A stretch of DNA of 64,000 bases from Macrostomum lignano (taxonomy: Eukaryota), in assembly GCA_002269645.1 (NCBI GenBank), contig NIVC01000561.1, positions 372,001-436,000 on the forward strand, read 5' to 3'. How positions within the stretch are numbered: position 1 is the first letter of the stretch; every line of letters begins with the position of its first letter. A program made the translations under genes and the position numbers. Below the pieces are notes generated by a model. That model ran no database searches and had not been told where the DNA came from. It saw only the letters and a list, made by a program, of their open reading frames with translations. Of this stretch, positions 10,675-33,045 are shown piece after piece.

Positions 10675-13600
10675 TCAATCCAGCGGCTCCTCCTGCAGCC
10701 CAGGGAGCTGCTGCATCTCGGCAGGCTCAGCCTCGGATTGCAGACTCTCAACTTCATCCAGGGCCAATAGCAGAGCGTCTCGAATGAAGTTTTCATCAAA
10801 CAGCTGAAACAGGAGGGATTTCCAAAACTGTGAACATTGCTGGACAAAAAGTATGGCTGGCATTTTTGTTTACTTGATCGAGACATCAAAAGTTACTCGT
10901 ATTTACAAAGTTATGCCTTTTGATGTTAGAAATTATCATTAATTGGGATTACCGATTTCAAGAATTTAGTGAAAAACGATCTAGAAGCTTCATCTGACTG
11001 CAAGAACTGCGGAAGCGATTGGCTAATTAGGGTGTCCAAATACAACTGCAGCAAGATTTGCTGCAGCCCTTGATTAGGCACAACTGCAGCACGAAAGAGG
11101 CGGATGCCCTCAGGTGGCAGCTGTCGAAACAAATGGCGAAAAAATCCTGAAATTGAATTGTTCCTTCGGCTCCGAAATTCTGGGTTTGCCAGCACCTGAA
11201 AAATATAAAGATTAAAATCGAAAAGCATAAACAAAAAACCAATGATGTGAAGTGTGACAGTCAAAGTAAAAATTCAAATGAAATCTTACTAATGATGTGA
11301 CAAAAAGAAAGAGATTTGGAAACGCCTGATGCATCCGACGGATCATTCCAAAATAATCGAGCCAAGCCCCATTTTCAAAACGTTCAGCCAGATGAAAAGC
11401 GTCGCAGCGCTGAAAAGCTGCGGCAACATGAATATTTCTGTCGATGTTTTGCGACTCCAATGGGGCTGACTCCCGGCCAGTCAGCGAGTCATGAAGCCGG
11501 ACAAAGTCTACTAAAAGCAGCACTGTCTCACTGACAGGATGGAGAATGATAAAATGTTGCTTTGAAGCAGCTGGCAAGAATCCGAAATCCAGTTTCTCTT
11601 CGAATAAAAACTGAAGCACTGCGGCAGAGTCGGTCTCCTTCAGGTGCCGCCACACGAGCTCCTTCGCCTCGCCCACCGACAGCAGCTCGTTGCCTCCGCC
11701 AGGACTCTCCGGACACTCGATGCCGCTGCTCTCCTGGCCCGTCAGTCCTGCTGCAGCACCGGCCGCATCCAGCGGTGCTCCGACTTTGAGATGCGCCATC
11801 AACCTGAGGCTCTCTCTGGCTGATCTGGCGCAGTCTGGCAGCTCACCGATCAGCTGCAGCAGCTCCGACAGGTGCTCGGACTCCGACTGACCCCGCCGGT
11901 CCGAGCCGAGTTTACGCAGGCAATGCCTCACCAAGCCGTAGATTGAGCTGTAGCCTGAGTACCGCTGCACGTCACGTGAAAAATGAAAGTCCCACAAAAG
12001 CCGGAAAGGCTCGAACCGCACAGAGTTGGTCGCATTTTCTCTCAACTGGCATTGGAATTGATGCAGCCAGCGAGGAAGCTCGTCAATCACCCCATTGACC
12101 GCATCCACAATGTCCTTCTTCGGCTGCTGACCCTTCTTGAAGTACACGTCGGCATCTCGTAGGAAGAAGTGTTTCATGCACACTGTATCGGAGGCTGAGC
12201 TCTCCATCATGGCAACCAGCAGCTGCAGCGACTGCCGCACGAGTTGCAGCAAGTTGTCTGGCTTCCATTCTTCTTCCGGCGTCTCGTCGAGCATGTAGAA
12301 CAGCAGGTTCTTGGCCATGTACGTCTTCAGACCGCTCACCTTCATCTCGATGCTGATCACCTTCTTGATGAGGAACTTGACGAGGATGAAGAACTGGCCC
12401 TGCACGGTGGTGAGGCTGTGCATGACGGCTCTCTCTAGCAGGGTTGTGCTCACCCGCATGCAGCTGCCAGGCCGTTTGTGAGGAGGCGACGCAGCGACCG
12501 CGTGGCACTTTAGAGAGTCGCCGAGAGCCTCCTGCTTGAGCTGGTTCAGGATGCGCTGAGGCATCTGGGACGGCTGGCCTATTGAGTAGCCGGGCTGCAG
12601 CAGCTCGATGCGGGGGTAGCGGCAGCAGGGCACGGCGATTATGCGATCGATATCCACATGGGTAGGAAGAAGCTTTGAGAACTCTGGTGATGGTTGATTT
12701 GTCGCCATGTTGGGTCCCGTGGCTGTGAATGTGTAAAAGGGTGTTGTTTGCTTAAGAAACAGTTGACTGAATGATTTTTGCACTTTAATTTATCTTGATT
12801 CCAGCAAAGACTCTCTTGCTGCATTAATGCTTGGCGCTGCCATGCATTGTCATTTGTTATTTCTGTGGCTACTTTAGTAATCCACACACCAAATGCCGAT
12901 ATAATTTTTCTTCATTAGCTGGGTGCAGCTAAAAAGGAAAGAGCACGGAAAGGCAAAAAAACTAAGGGGGGATTATCACAAGCCTGAAATATCATAACTC
13001 CTAAATTGATAGCAACACTCATTATAAACCCAAACTATCATAAACCAGAAAAACAGAACTCCGAAGGTTCTACAATAGCAATGTAGCAACATTGTAGCAA
13101 TGTCCAAAACTATTTTAGTTTTCGGAGTTGTGATATTTTAAGTTTTTTTATATTTCGGGTTTATGTTGGCGAACCGGAGCCTCCAGGCCACACGTTAACT
13201 ACAGCAGTTAGTGTGAATGCCAAGGCTTCACGCAGACAATCCTGCCAGTGTCGGGCCCGTGCTGCACTGCAGAGGGACCAGGAAACTTGGAAAAACAAAT
13301 GCTCTATATCATGACATGCTCAGGAAGCACTGAGCTATACTCACAGCCATGCTCATAGTAGGCGTGTCCGTTCTCGCACTGCACTCGGATCGCATCTCTG
13401 TCGCAGCCACTGCAGGCAGTCCAGCCGTCTGAGCCGCAGTCCAGGCATAGAAGTCTATCGGACTCCATGAAGGTGACGTCAATGTCGGAGTCCCAGCTGA
13501 TCTCCCCGTTCAGAGTCTCCAGGCTGCTGCCCCATCCGTCTGCGAAGCTGCCGAACACGAAGATGTCCTTGTAGTCTATCAGGTCTCTCAGGATGTCCTC

Positions 13601-15289
13601 CAGCGCGGCCGCAGCGCCGCTCTGAACTGCCGCGTTGGCCTGCTTGAACCCGGCGGCTCGCATGGCTTCGGACAGCCGCGAGCTGAACTGGCGCTGCTCC
13701 TCCGCTGACCGGACGGCCGGCGCTGCGAGCGACGCTGCGGCTGGGCGGGGCGGCTCGGGGGCTGGGAAGAATGCGGAAACTATACTGATAATCGCATCCG
13801 ATGGCATTTCCGCTCCAGAAGCAAGCAGCAACTTTCTGATTGAGGCATTGCCTGGAAACATAGTAAACAACGACAGCATAAGGCCCATCGGTCCTGTCTG
13901 ATCCCAGCTGACACCAGCATCGATCAGAAGTTGCACCGCCTCTGTGAAACCAGCCATTAAGGCAACTGCAAACCACTCTGAGCTGTTTTTCCCATCGATG
14001 TCGGCAGAGGCGTCAATCAGCATGCGAGCCATGTACAGCTGCCGACGCTCGATGGCCTTGCTGACCAAATCCTCATTGTTATTGCTGCTCATATCGGCTG
14101 AAGCTCCAGCTCGAATCAGCTCGCTGACGATCTCCGGGGATGTTTTATCAACAGCCAGGGCCAGGGGAGTTTTGCCATTTCTGTTCAACACGTCGACCCT
14201 GGCTCCAGCTCTGAGCAGCATGGCAACCAGCTCTGCTCTTCTTTTATCAATTGCAATGTGCAGCGGCGTGTCGCCATTGGGGTTTCGAGCGTCGACATTC
14301 GCCCCGGCAGCGATCAGCAGCGTCGCAGCCTTCTTCATATCCGTTTGGACTGCGCCATGAAGAGGCGTTGAACCGAGAATTAAAACATGGGCTACGGCTC
14401 TGATGAAATCTGCGACTGCCTCAGTGCTCAAGTCGCTTGCCGCAGAAAGTTGATGAGGAGTGTCGACTTTTTCGTTCATTGTTTCGACATTCACACCTGC
14501 GCTAATGAGCTGGTTCATGACGTCAGTGTTCCCAAATATTACAGCCTCATCCGATGGAGTTGAACCAAGAGAGCAGCTCGGGCTCCGCCAGTCGGTATCT
14601 GCAGCGGCACGCAGCAATATTCGAACGATTTCGGCATTGCCCAGTTTCACTGAAGCTTTGATCGCCGGTCCTACAAAATAATCAATCAGACTAAGCGGAG
14701 CTTCTATCGGAACCAACGGCAGTTTCAGAAGGGCCTCCAGCTCGAGCTCCGATGCGCAGCAGTTCGGGTCCGCCCCGGCGGCAGTCAGGGCGTCCACAGC
14801 GCCAGCCCGGCCGAGCAGGACGCACAGATACAGCGAAGTCGGCAGCGGCCCGGCAGCTCCCGAGACCGGTGGCGGCTCCTGACGGCTGTCGGTGGCGGCG
14901 CAGGTCGGTCCGGCCAGCAGCCGCGCGATGCCGTCGCCGGACTCAAAGGTCGCGGCCAGGTGCATCGGCAGGACACCGCTCACCGTCCGGACGGCTGGAC
15001 TCGCTCCGGCTCGCAGCAGCAGCCGCGTCAGTCGCTCTCTGCCACCGAGGACGGCCGCGTGCAGCGGCGTAGAGCCGTCAGCTGCGGCCAGGTCGACGTT
15101 CGCAGAAGCCTCCACGAGCAGCCGCGCGGCCTCTGTGTTTCCTAGAAAGCTGGCGATGTGCAGGAAGGACCTGCCGTCAGAGTCCTGCTCGTCAGGACTG
15201 CCGCCATGGATGAGCCACTCAGTGAGGAGGCCGCAGTCTCCCGACTCGAGCGACTCGAGCACCGACTTGAACTGCGGTGGGTCCGCCAT
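10675..15289 (-). CDS. Ankyrin-repeat / cGAS-Mab-21-like nucleotidyltransferase (cGLR-like) protein, copy 2, ~1249 aa, 4 coding exons
   Basis: Exons 15289-13345, 12722-11290, 11195-10953 and 10803-10675 join in frame with the same intron positions and phases (1, 0, 0) as copy 1. Same ankyrin block, same VFGSFADGWG..SDIDVTF, VDIDRIIAV at the third Asp, and a near-identical Mab-21 core. Exon 3 starts VLANPEFR (copy 1 VENFPEFR); exon 4 ends EMQQLPGLQE (copy 1 EMRQLPGPQE). Confidence 0.85.
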
Positions 15290-18141
15290 GATTGTCTGTG
15301 CTGCCTTTTTACTGATTTTTGGTGCCACAAATGTTTATTGCCAGTTTTTTGTAAGAAGCTCCAGCTCTGGTTGATAGGAAGAATTTCTTATTTTTCTGTT
15401 TTCTTATGCTTTATCCAGACAGTTAAGTGCTTATGGCTATGTTGAAAGCAACAAAGCGAGCGGGCGACAACTGTGGTGGAAATATTGATAATAGACTCAA
15501 TAGAGTCTGGTTTTTTCCGTGTATTTAGTTTACTGTTGCAGTTGTTTATGCCGTCCAGATGATGAGAGCCTCTGATTGTCACGTGATTTACTAGGAGAGA
15601 GATGAAAAGCTTTCTTATTCTTTTGTACGAGTACTTCTGCTCTCCTTCTTGCTGTTCGACGTTTTGAGAAACCGAAGTTCAATCTTGACGACCTTGCTTC
15701 GAACCTTTAATATTTGGGCTGAGTTACTTTTTTATTTAAGTTTATTGTTAAACTTTTCTTAGTTGCATGGAATAAACTACTGGCAGAATCAGTTAATCAA
15801 TTAAATAGCAAAAAACGTGTGCTGTAGCCGATATATGCAGGTTTGCATGTACTTTTCATGATACAGTACTGATGAAGGGTTAATCACTTCACTAGCTAAC
15901 TGCAATGTCAAATGAATAATTACAGTCGATTGTCCTGTTGCCGACGATGTACATCGTAAACTACAAGTAGTACATGTGCTGACTCTTACTGCAAGGTAGT
16001 AAACATGCATTATAAGTTAACCGTCTACCTTTGCAGTTTGTTGCTCATCAGATAACAGAACTGGGTAAATTCTGTGCATCCGGCTACTGCATCTCAAGTT
16101 TTTATTGCCATTTTAATCATTTTAAGAATTGGTTTTTGGTATCTGCACTATGTCGACCAATTAACCATTCTTAATTGTTCACATTTAGTTTTCATTCGCA
16201 ATGATGTAGATACGTTACGTTTCTAATACGGTGCATGTACATGTAGTAGCCGATGTACTGCAGCAGGTCGTTATTCTACAAAGCAAATCTAGCTGCGGCG
16301 ATGCAGACTTAAGGCTTCGGTACAAGTTAGAAGATGCAGAAGAGGGACTCGATCTGCAGTCCCAAATGACTTACATGTAAATTTCTTGAAGGCTGGGAAT
16401 TTAAAATGAATGTCATCTGTGCCGACTGTACTCCACTGAAAACCGATTAAACCGAGTAACCATGTCGACGAAGGACAGAAGAAGCTCCACTATGCTAGCA
16501 TGCAATCAAGCCGTGGCATGCATCCACTAGCCTAATTAGAGACAGGGGCGCCCACCAACAAGCAATACATGTATCTGCTCGCCAAACAAAACTCACTTAC
16601 AATTATGTAGTGAGCCCATTTCTGAACAGTTGATGCATTATATATATTTAGCTCGTACTGCAAGCGCAGACAACAATTAATTCAAGTTCTTTCACGGATT
16701 TTTTTCAAGTAAACATGACATGATTGTGATCGAAACTTCATGTATTAACTGGCATGATACTTACTATAAGTAAATTTCTGCACAGGTACACTGTACATGC
16801 GCGCACGTCCCGCAGTTAACTTTTATTTTAACCGAAGGCTATTTCAATATCGCAAGTTTCCCAATCTTTAACTGTTTAAATATATTTTCCCAATTTTTAA
16901 GGGTTCAACAAGTCGGCGGGCCCCTACGAGAAGTTTTGGAACTTCAGAAAATTCGGAAGAAATTCGAAAAGTTCCAGAGAATACTGAAAAAAGACATGTA
17001 TAAACGAAATATTTTTGTCCTTGTGTAATTGTATTTTATAGATCGAGTATCTCAGGCTCGGAGCTTGAACTCGAGGAACACTCTGCGGGTCAAGATAATC
17101 GACTGATCTCCTGGGAATATCAAGGACTACTTAAGAAGTGTTCTTAATTCTTATGGGGAATATTTCCTGGATCTGCCACTGCTTGCTTTCGATTTTTTAA
17201 ATTGTTAAAATTTCGTTTAAATAGTTTAAACCGGCAGTTTGTAACATTTTAACGAACAAAACGTTTTGTGAACTTTCTAATGCGTTACTTCTTTTTTAAA
17301 AACAAAAATCCTGATTAATTTTTCATTTTAAAAAAGAAACATCTTTAATACAGTTATCGTTGACTTGCGTTGCTAATATTTTTAACAGTAAGATCTCTTG
17401 ATATTTTTTCACAAGTAACACGCAGTCACCGGGATATGCGTGATTACATAACTTCCGTTACGTCCGCTTGTCAGTCTATAGAGTAGCCTAGAATTTATAT
17501 CGTTTGATTACATTACTAATGAATGTCGGTTAATCTAAGGTTACTAAAGCGAAACTCATAGTATTGGTTCGAAAAGTATTCGTAGTTTAGCATTAGGCTT
17601 ATGCCGCTTATGTCAAGTTGCCTTCGTATCAATTAGTCAAGTTGCCTTTAATTTAGGTTGGGTTTAGGTCATGCCAATTCATACTTTGGCATGAATCTTC
17701 TTAGCTCTAGATAGCTATTTTATACTTTTAAGTTTTTCATATTAATCAAGATTTTTCAATGTAAAATCCACATACACTGATGTTCTAAAACCTTATGGAA
17801 TAAGCCCCCCTACTTTAATTTTTTGTAGCTTAGCTTTGTTTTCTACTCTAACTGGGTTGGGCCACTGGCCTATTATGATATTTTTATTTTTTAGTGTTTC
17901 ACAAGGTATATGTATAAAATTAAATCTAAATTTAATTGATATAGGCCTATGCATTATATGTATTGATTTGTTTAGATAATTATAGATTTTTGTTTTCTAC
18001 GTTGACTTTGTGCAGTTAGACTTGTTAAATGTATATAGAATATTTAATAATATATCTAGGCCTATCAAATTTTAAAGCATAAACTTATTAATTCTTTTGC
18101 ATGACAGCAAGAGACAATCATAATTTGCAAAACAATATCTC

Positions 18142-27539
<9,398 letters not shown>

Positions 27540-27564
27540 TTGGCTGCTGATTCTCCTGGCAAAT

Positions 27565-27935
27565 CATGGGATCTATTTTTCCCCAGTTTATAGTCTGGGG
27601 ATTTATTTATCCCCATTTTATAGTCTTGGGATTTATTTATCCCCAATTTATAGTGTGGGGATTTATTTATCCCCAATTTATTGTGTGCGGATTTATTTAT
27701 CCCCATTTTATAGTCTTGGGATTTATTTATCCCCTAATTTATAATCTTGGGATTTATTTATCCCCAATTTCAAATCTTTGGATTTATTTATCCCCTAATT
27801 TATAATCTTGGGATTTATTTTTACCCAATATTCTTGGGTTTAATTTATCCCAAATCATCTTGGGATTTATTTATCCCCAATTTGTAATCTTGGGATCCAT
27901 TTATCCTCAATTTATGATCTTAGGATTTATTTATC
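27565..27935 (+). repeat. ~31-bp tandem array, each unit containing the inverted repeat gggat-ttattt-atccc, directly after the PCSK stop codon
   Basis: About a dozen units visible, starting <30 bp after the TGA at 27539. Confidence 0.85.
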
Positions 27936-29084
27936 ACTAATTTCTATTCTGGATTTTCTTCATCCTCAATTTCAAATCCTGGGATTTAATACTTGGCAAA
28001 TCTAAGTCGATAAAATCAATGGAGAACAAGCAGCTGTCGCAGTTCATTGCTGGGCCCCCCTCTTCTCTTTTGCCAGTTGTTTTGGAAGCTTTCAGTCCAG
28101 TGTGTGCCTGTGTGTTTGTGTTGCGGCTTGTTAAACAAATCACTTATATAGTATATACATATATTTAAATATCATGTTTACCTACAAATACAAATGCCTA
28201 CAAACAAGATTCATTATTGAATTAATTGTTTTTAAAAACCTACACAACTGACGTGTAATTTCAATTTGAGATGAGCTCTTTCGATCTCATTTAATCCTTG
28301 ATTTTTCCCCACATTAGTTACTAACTTCTGTAATTCCGATTGACAGGTGCTGACTATACTACTTATCTTTCCCCCTCGCATGTCAGTTAGTAGTACAGTG
28401 CGCATTTTCCTATTTGTTTTGTTTCGAATTCAATTTTAGTAAGAAGAATGAATGAGGACAACTGCAAGCGACTTTCCATTTTAACAAATTGTTATTTTTT
28501 GTTTAAGTGTGCTCCGGTTTTTAGCACTATTATTTTAAACCCTTTTTTCAGCTGACGTCACACCGCCAACATTCGATGCGTTTTTCTGACCAACTAACAA
28601 ATTTCTAACCAATGAATATTGCTTTTTTGTTTTGGGAAATTTTTTTTAAATTAAATACCTGACTGAATTTTAGATTTTATTTTTTTAATTGCGTTACTAA
28701 ATTTATTTATTGAATTATTTATTTGCTGAAAAAATTTTGTTTAAACAAGTTGTCAAATAAATTTAGTGCTCATGTGGTTGGTCAGACTGTTCGAGTTCGA
28801 CTGCTCAACACAAAAGTTTGAGGGGTTCAATAGATGCTGTTGTGTTTCAATTTTTTTAATTTACTATTTTACTTAATTTTACTTAATTTTACTATTTAAT
28901 TTTACTAATGTGAGTAGACATAGTAGCGTTTTTAGTCGAAAATTATATTCGCATGAAGATATTATATATCTTGTTAGATATGGTGTTTTTATCTGTTAGA
29001 CTTCATAGTCCTACGTTAGACATTTAAATACGCATCCCTGTTAGACATTATAATCTCGTCTGTTTCCTGTTAGACGTACAGGCA

Positions 29085-29932
29085 GGTTTACCTGTTAGAC
29101 GGGCAGGTTCACACCTGTTAGACAGGCAGGTTCACACCTGTTAGACAGGCAGGTTCACACCTGTTAGACAGGCAGGTTCACACCTGTTAGACAGGCAGGT
29201 TCACACCTGTTAGACAGGCAGGTTCACACCTGTTAGACAGGCAGGTTCACACCTGTTAGACAGGCAGGTTCACACCTGTTAGACAGGCAGGTTCACACCT
29301 GTTAGACAGGCAGGTTCACACCTGTTAGACAGGCAGGTTCACACCTGTTAGACAGGCAGGTTCATACCTGTTAGACAGGCAGGTTCATACCTGTTAGACA
29401 GGCAGGTTCACACCTGTTAGACAGGCAGGTTCACACCTGTTAGACAGGCAGGTTCACACCTGTTAGACAGGCAGGTTCATACCTGTTAGACAGGCAGGTT
29501 CACACCTGTTAGACAGGCAGGTTCACACCTGTTAGATAGGCAGGTTCACACCTGTTAGACAGGCAGGTTTACACCTGTTAGACAGGCAGGTTTACACCTG
29601 TTAGACAGGCAGGTTCACACCTGTTAGACAGGCAGGTTTACACCTGTTAGACAGGCAGGTTCACACCTGTTAGACAGGCAGGTTTACACCTGTTAGACAG
29701 GCAGGTTCACACCTGTTAGACAGGCAGGTTCACACCTGTTAGACAGGCAGGTTTACACCTGTTAGACAGGCAGGTTCACACCTGTTAGACAGGCAGGTTT
29801 ACACCTGTTAGACAGGCAGGTTCACACCTGTTAGACAGGCAGGTTTACACCTGTTAGACAGGCAGGTTCACACCTGTTAGACAGGCAGGTTTACACCTGT
29901 TAGACAGGCAGGTTTACCTGTTAGACAGGCAG
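29085..29932. repeat. Intergenic minisatellite, 23-bp (cacctgttagacaggcaggttca)
   Basis: Highly homogeneous tandem copies. Confidence 0.95.
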
Positions 29933-30243
29933 GTTTTTTGTGAGCTCCAAGTTTCTTCAACATGTGAAGTTGTCCCAGGCATAAAATTGGGTTGAACAGT
30001 TTCTGACCATCATCATTTTCTTCATCATGAAAAGTGCATGCAAAACCAGACTGACTCATCTATTTTGCTCTGCCATGCTAAATCCGACAATCCGAAGCCA
30101 GCCAGACTGTCTATGGCCGCCACCGGTCCGGCCGCACTCCAAGCTACCCCTGCAGTGGGGAATCAGTGCAGACACCAGAATAAGCAGTCGGGTTTAAAGC
30201 ATCAATCAATCAGTTATTCAACCATAGTCGAACCCGAATCTTC

Positions 30244-32101
30244 ATGGAAGCCGCAGGCGGAGACACGGGGAAGTTCAACTGCCGACACAGCCAGACCGGC
30301 TTCGTGTCCGCTGTGAAGGGCAAGCGGAATGGCGGCGAGACCAGCGAGATCCGGGTGCGCTGCGACTGCCCGCCGCAGACCCTTCTGGCCACTCTGGCGC
30401 ACTCTCTGGTGGAGGCCTCCTGCTCCGGAGTGGCCGGCCGAGGTCTGGATAACGCCGAGCTTGAGATTGAGTCCGCCGAGGAGCCGTACCGGCCGGTGCT
30501 GCTGGCTCAGATTGGCGAATGCCGGCATCAGATTCGCTCCGCGCGCAACGTTGCTCATGGCGGTGTGGCGGCTTCTCTGCAGTTGATTAGCGGCAGAATT
30601 TTCCTGCGCGGCGACATCCTGCTTGTCAGCGGAGGTGAGCCGAGTCGGGTAGAGTTCGTCTACTCATGAGTAGAAAGTTTAGAGTGTGGCGTGAAAATTT
30701 CTGTTCAGTGTTCAGCCTACGATGGAAATTGGTCATTGGTCATTGGTACAAGTACGAGCCGTATGTCCGTGAGCTCTGTGTGTCTGACGGGTCATGGGGA
30801 TGTGTGTATGACGGGTCATTGGTGTGTGTGTGTGCGTATGACAGGTCATTGGTATGTCCGTGATTTGTGTGCGTATGACGGGTCTTTGGTATGTCCGTGA
30901 TCTGTGTGTGTCTGACGGGTCATTGGTATGTCCGTGATCTGTGTGTGTCTGACGGGTCATTGGTATGTCCGTGATCTGTGTGCGTATGACGGGTCATTGG
31001 TATGTCCGTGATCTGTGTGTGTCTGACGGGTCATTGGTATGTCCGTGATCTGTGTGTGTCTGACGGGTCATTGGTATGTCCGTGATCTGTGTGCGTATGA
31101 CGGGTCATGGGGATGTGTGTGTATGAGTGTATGACGGGTCATTGGCATGTCCGTGATCTGTGTGTGTCTGCCGGGTCATTGGTATGTCCGTGATCTGTGT
31201 GTGTCTGACGGGTCATTGCTAAATGTCCGTGATCTGTGTGTGTCTGACGGGTCATTGGTATGTCCGTGATCTGTGTGTGTCTGACGGGTCATTGGTATGT
31301 CCGTGATCTGTGTGTGTCTGACGGGTCATTGGCATGTCCGTGATCTGTGTGTGTCTGACGGGTCATTGGTATGTCTGTCAGCAGGCACTAGGGCACTAGT
31401 TTTGGCGCCCGGAAGCAAAATTATTGATTTTCACAACGGGTCACAAGGGGTTGGGGTACAAAGCAGTGTTCGTGGGCTGCTGCACACCCTGTGTGAATCG
31501 GTGCACCTGCTCAAGAGTCAGTGGAACGCGCCTGACTGCTCGCCCAAATCCATTCCCACAAGGCACCGCATTCTACAGCGAGAATTCCCACCTGTGGATG
31601 GCGCCGCAGAACACCTCAACATCGCCAGCCGGTCAGAGCAGCCAGTCGTTACCGGCGGCGCCCACCATCAGCGGCGCCATGGCGCAGCGCAGTGACCTGT
31701 TCGCCTGCGTAGCCGACGATCTGGACGGTGCTTGTCTGTTCTACGACGCCGAGCGCAGCCTCCTGCAGCTGGGCAGCCAGCAGTCCATTCTGCAGCGGCC
31801 GCTGCTGCACCTGGGCGGCCGGCAGTTTCGTCTGGACCTTCTGGCCCGCCAGCTGTCCAACTTGGACCGGATTCGCCCCGCCAGCAACAAGGACCTGCCC
31901 AGCGCCGAGGCCGCGTCAGCTGCGGCGTCCGCCTTACTGAAGTCCTCGGCTCAGCGGCAGTCAACGGTTGGGCTGCTGTCTGTCTGTCTGTGTCTGTCTG
32001 TCTGTCTGTCTGTGTCTGTGTCTGTGTCTGTCTGTCTGTCTGTGTCTGTCTGTGTCTGTCTGTCTGTGTCTGTCTGTCTGTGTCTGTCTGTCTGTCCGTC
32101 C

Positions 32102-32143
<42 letters not shown>

Positions 32144-32292
32144 GTGTCTGTCTGTCTGTCTGTCTGTGTGTCTGTCTGTCTGTGTGTCTGTCTGTCTGTC
32201 TGTCTGTCTGTGTGTCTGTCCGTCTGTGTGTTTGTCTGTCTGTCTGTCTTTCTGTCTGTCTGTCCTTCTGTCTTAGTGTCTTAGTGTCTTAG

Positions 32293-32334
<42 letters not shown>

Positions 32335-32452
32335 CCTGTCTGTCTGTCTGTCTGTCTGTCTGTGTGTCTGTCCGTCTGTTTGCCTGTCTGTCTGTCTGTC
32401 TGTCTGTCTTTCTGTCTGTCCGTCCTTCTGTCTTAGTGTCTTAGTGTCTTAG

Positions 32453-32500
<48 letters not shown>

Positions 32501-32536
32501 CTTCTGTCTTAGTGTCTTAGTGTCTTAGTGTCTTAG

Positions 32537-32605
<69 letters not shown>

Positions 32606-32633
32606 GTCTGTCTGTCTATCTGTCTGTCTGTCT

Positions 32634-32672
<39 letters not shown>

Positions 32673-32838
32673 GTCTGTCTGTCTGTCTATCTGTCTGTCT
32701 GTCTGTCTTCTGTCTGTCTGTCTGCCTGTCTGTCTGTCTGTCTGTCTGTCTGTGTGTCTGTCCGTCTGTGTGTTTGTCTGTCTGTCTGTCTGTCTTTCTG
32801 TCTGTCTGTCCTTCTGTCTTAGTGTCTTAGTGTCTTAG

Positions 32839-32891
<53 letters not shown>

Positions 32892-32919
32892 GTCTGTCTG
32901 TCTATCTGTCTGTCTGTCT

Positions 32920-32970
<51 letters not shown>

Positions 32971-33006
32971 GTCTGTCTGTCTGTCTATCTGTCTGTCTGT
33001 CTGTCT

Positions 33007-33045
<39 letters not shown>

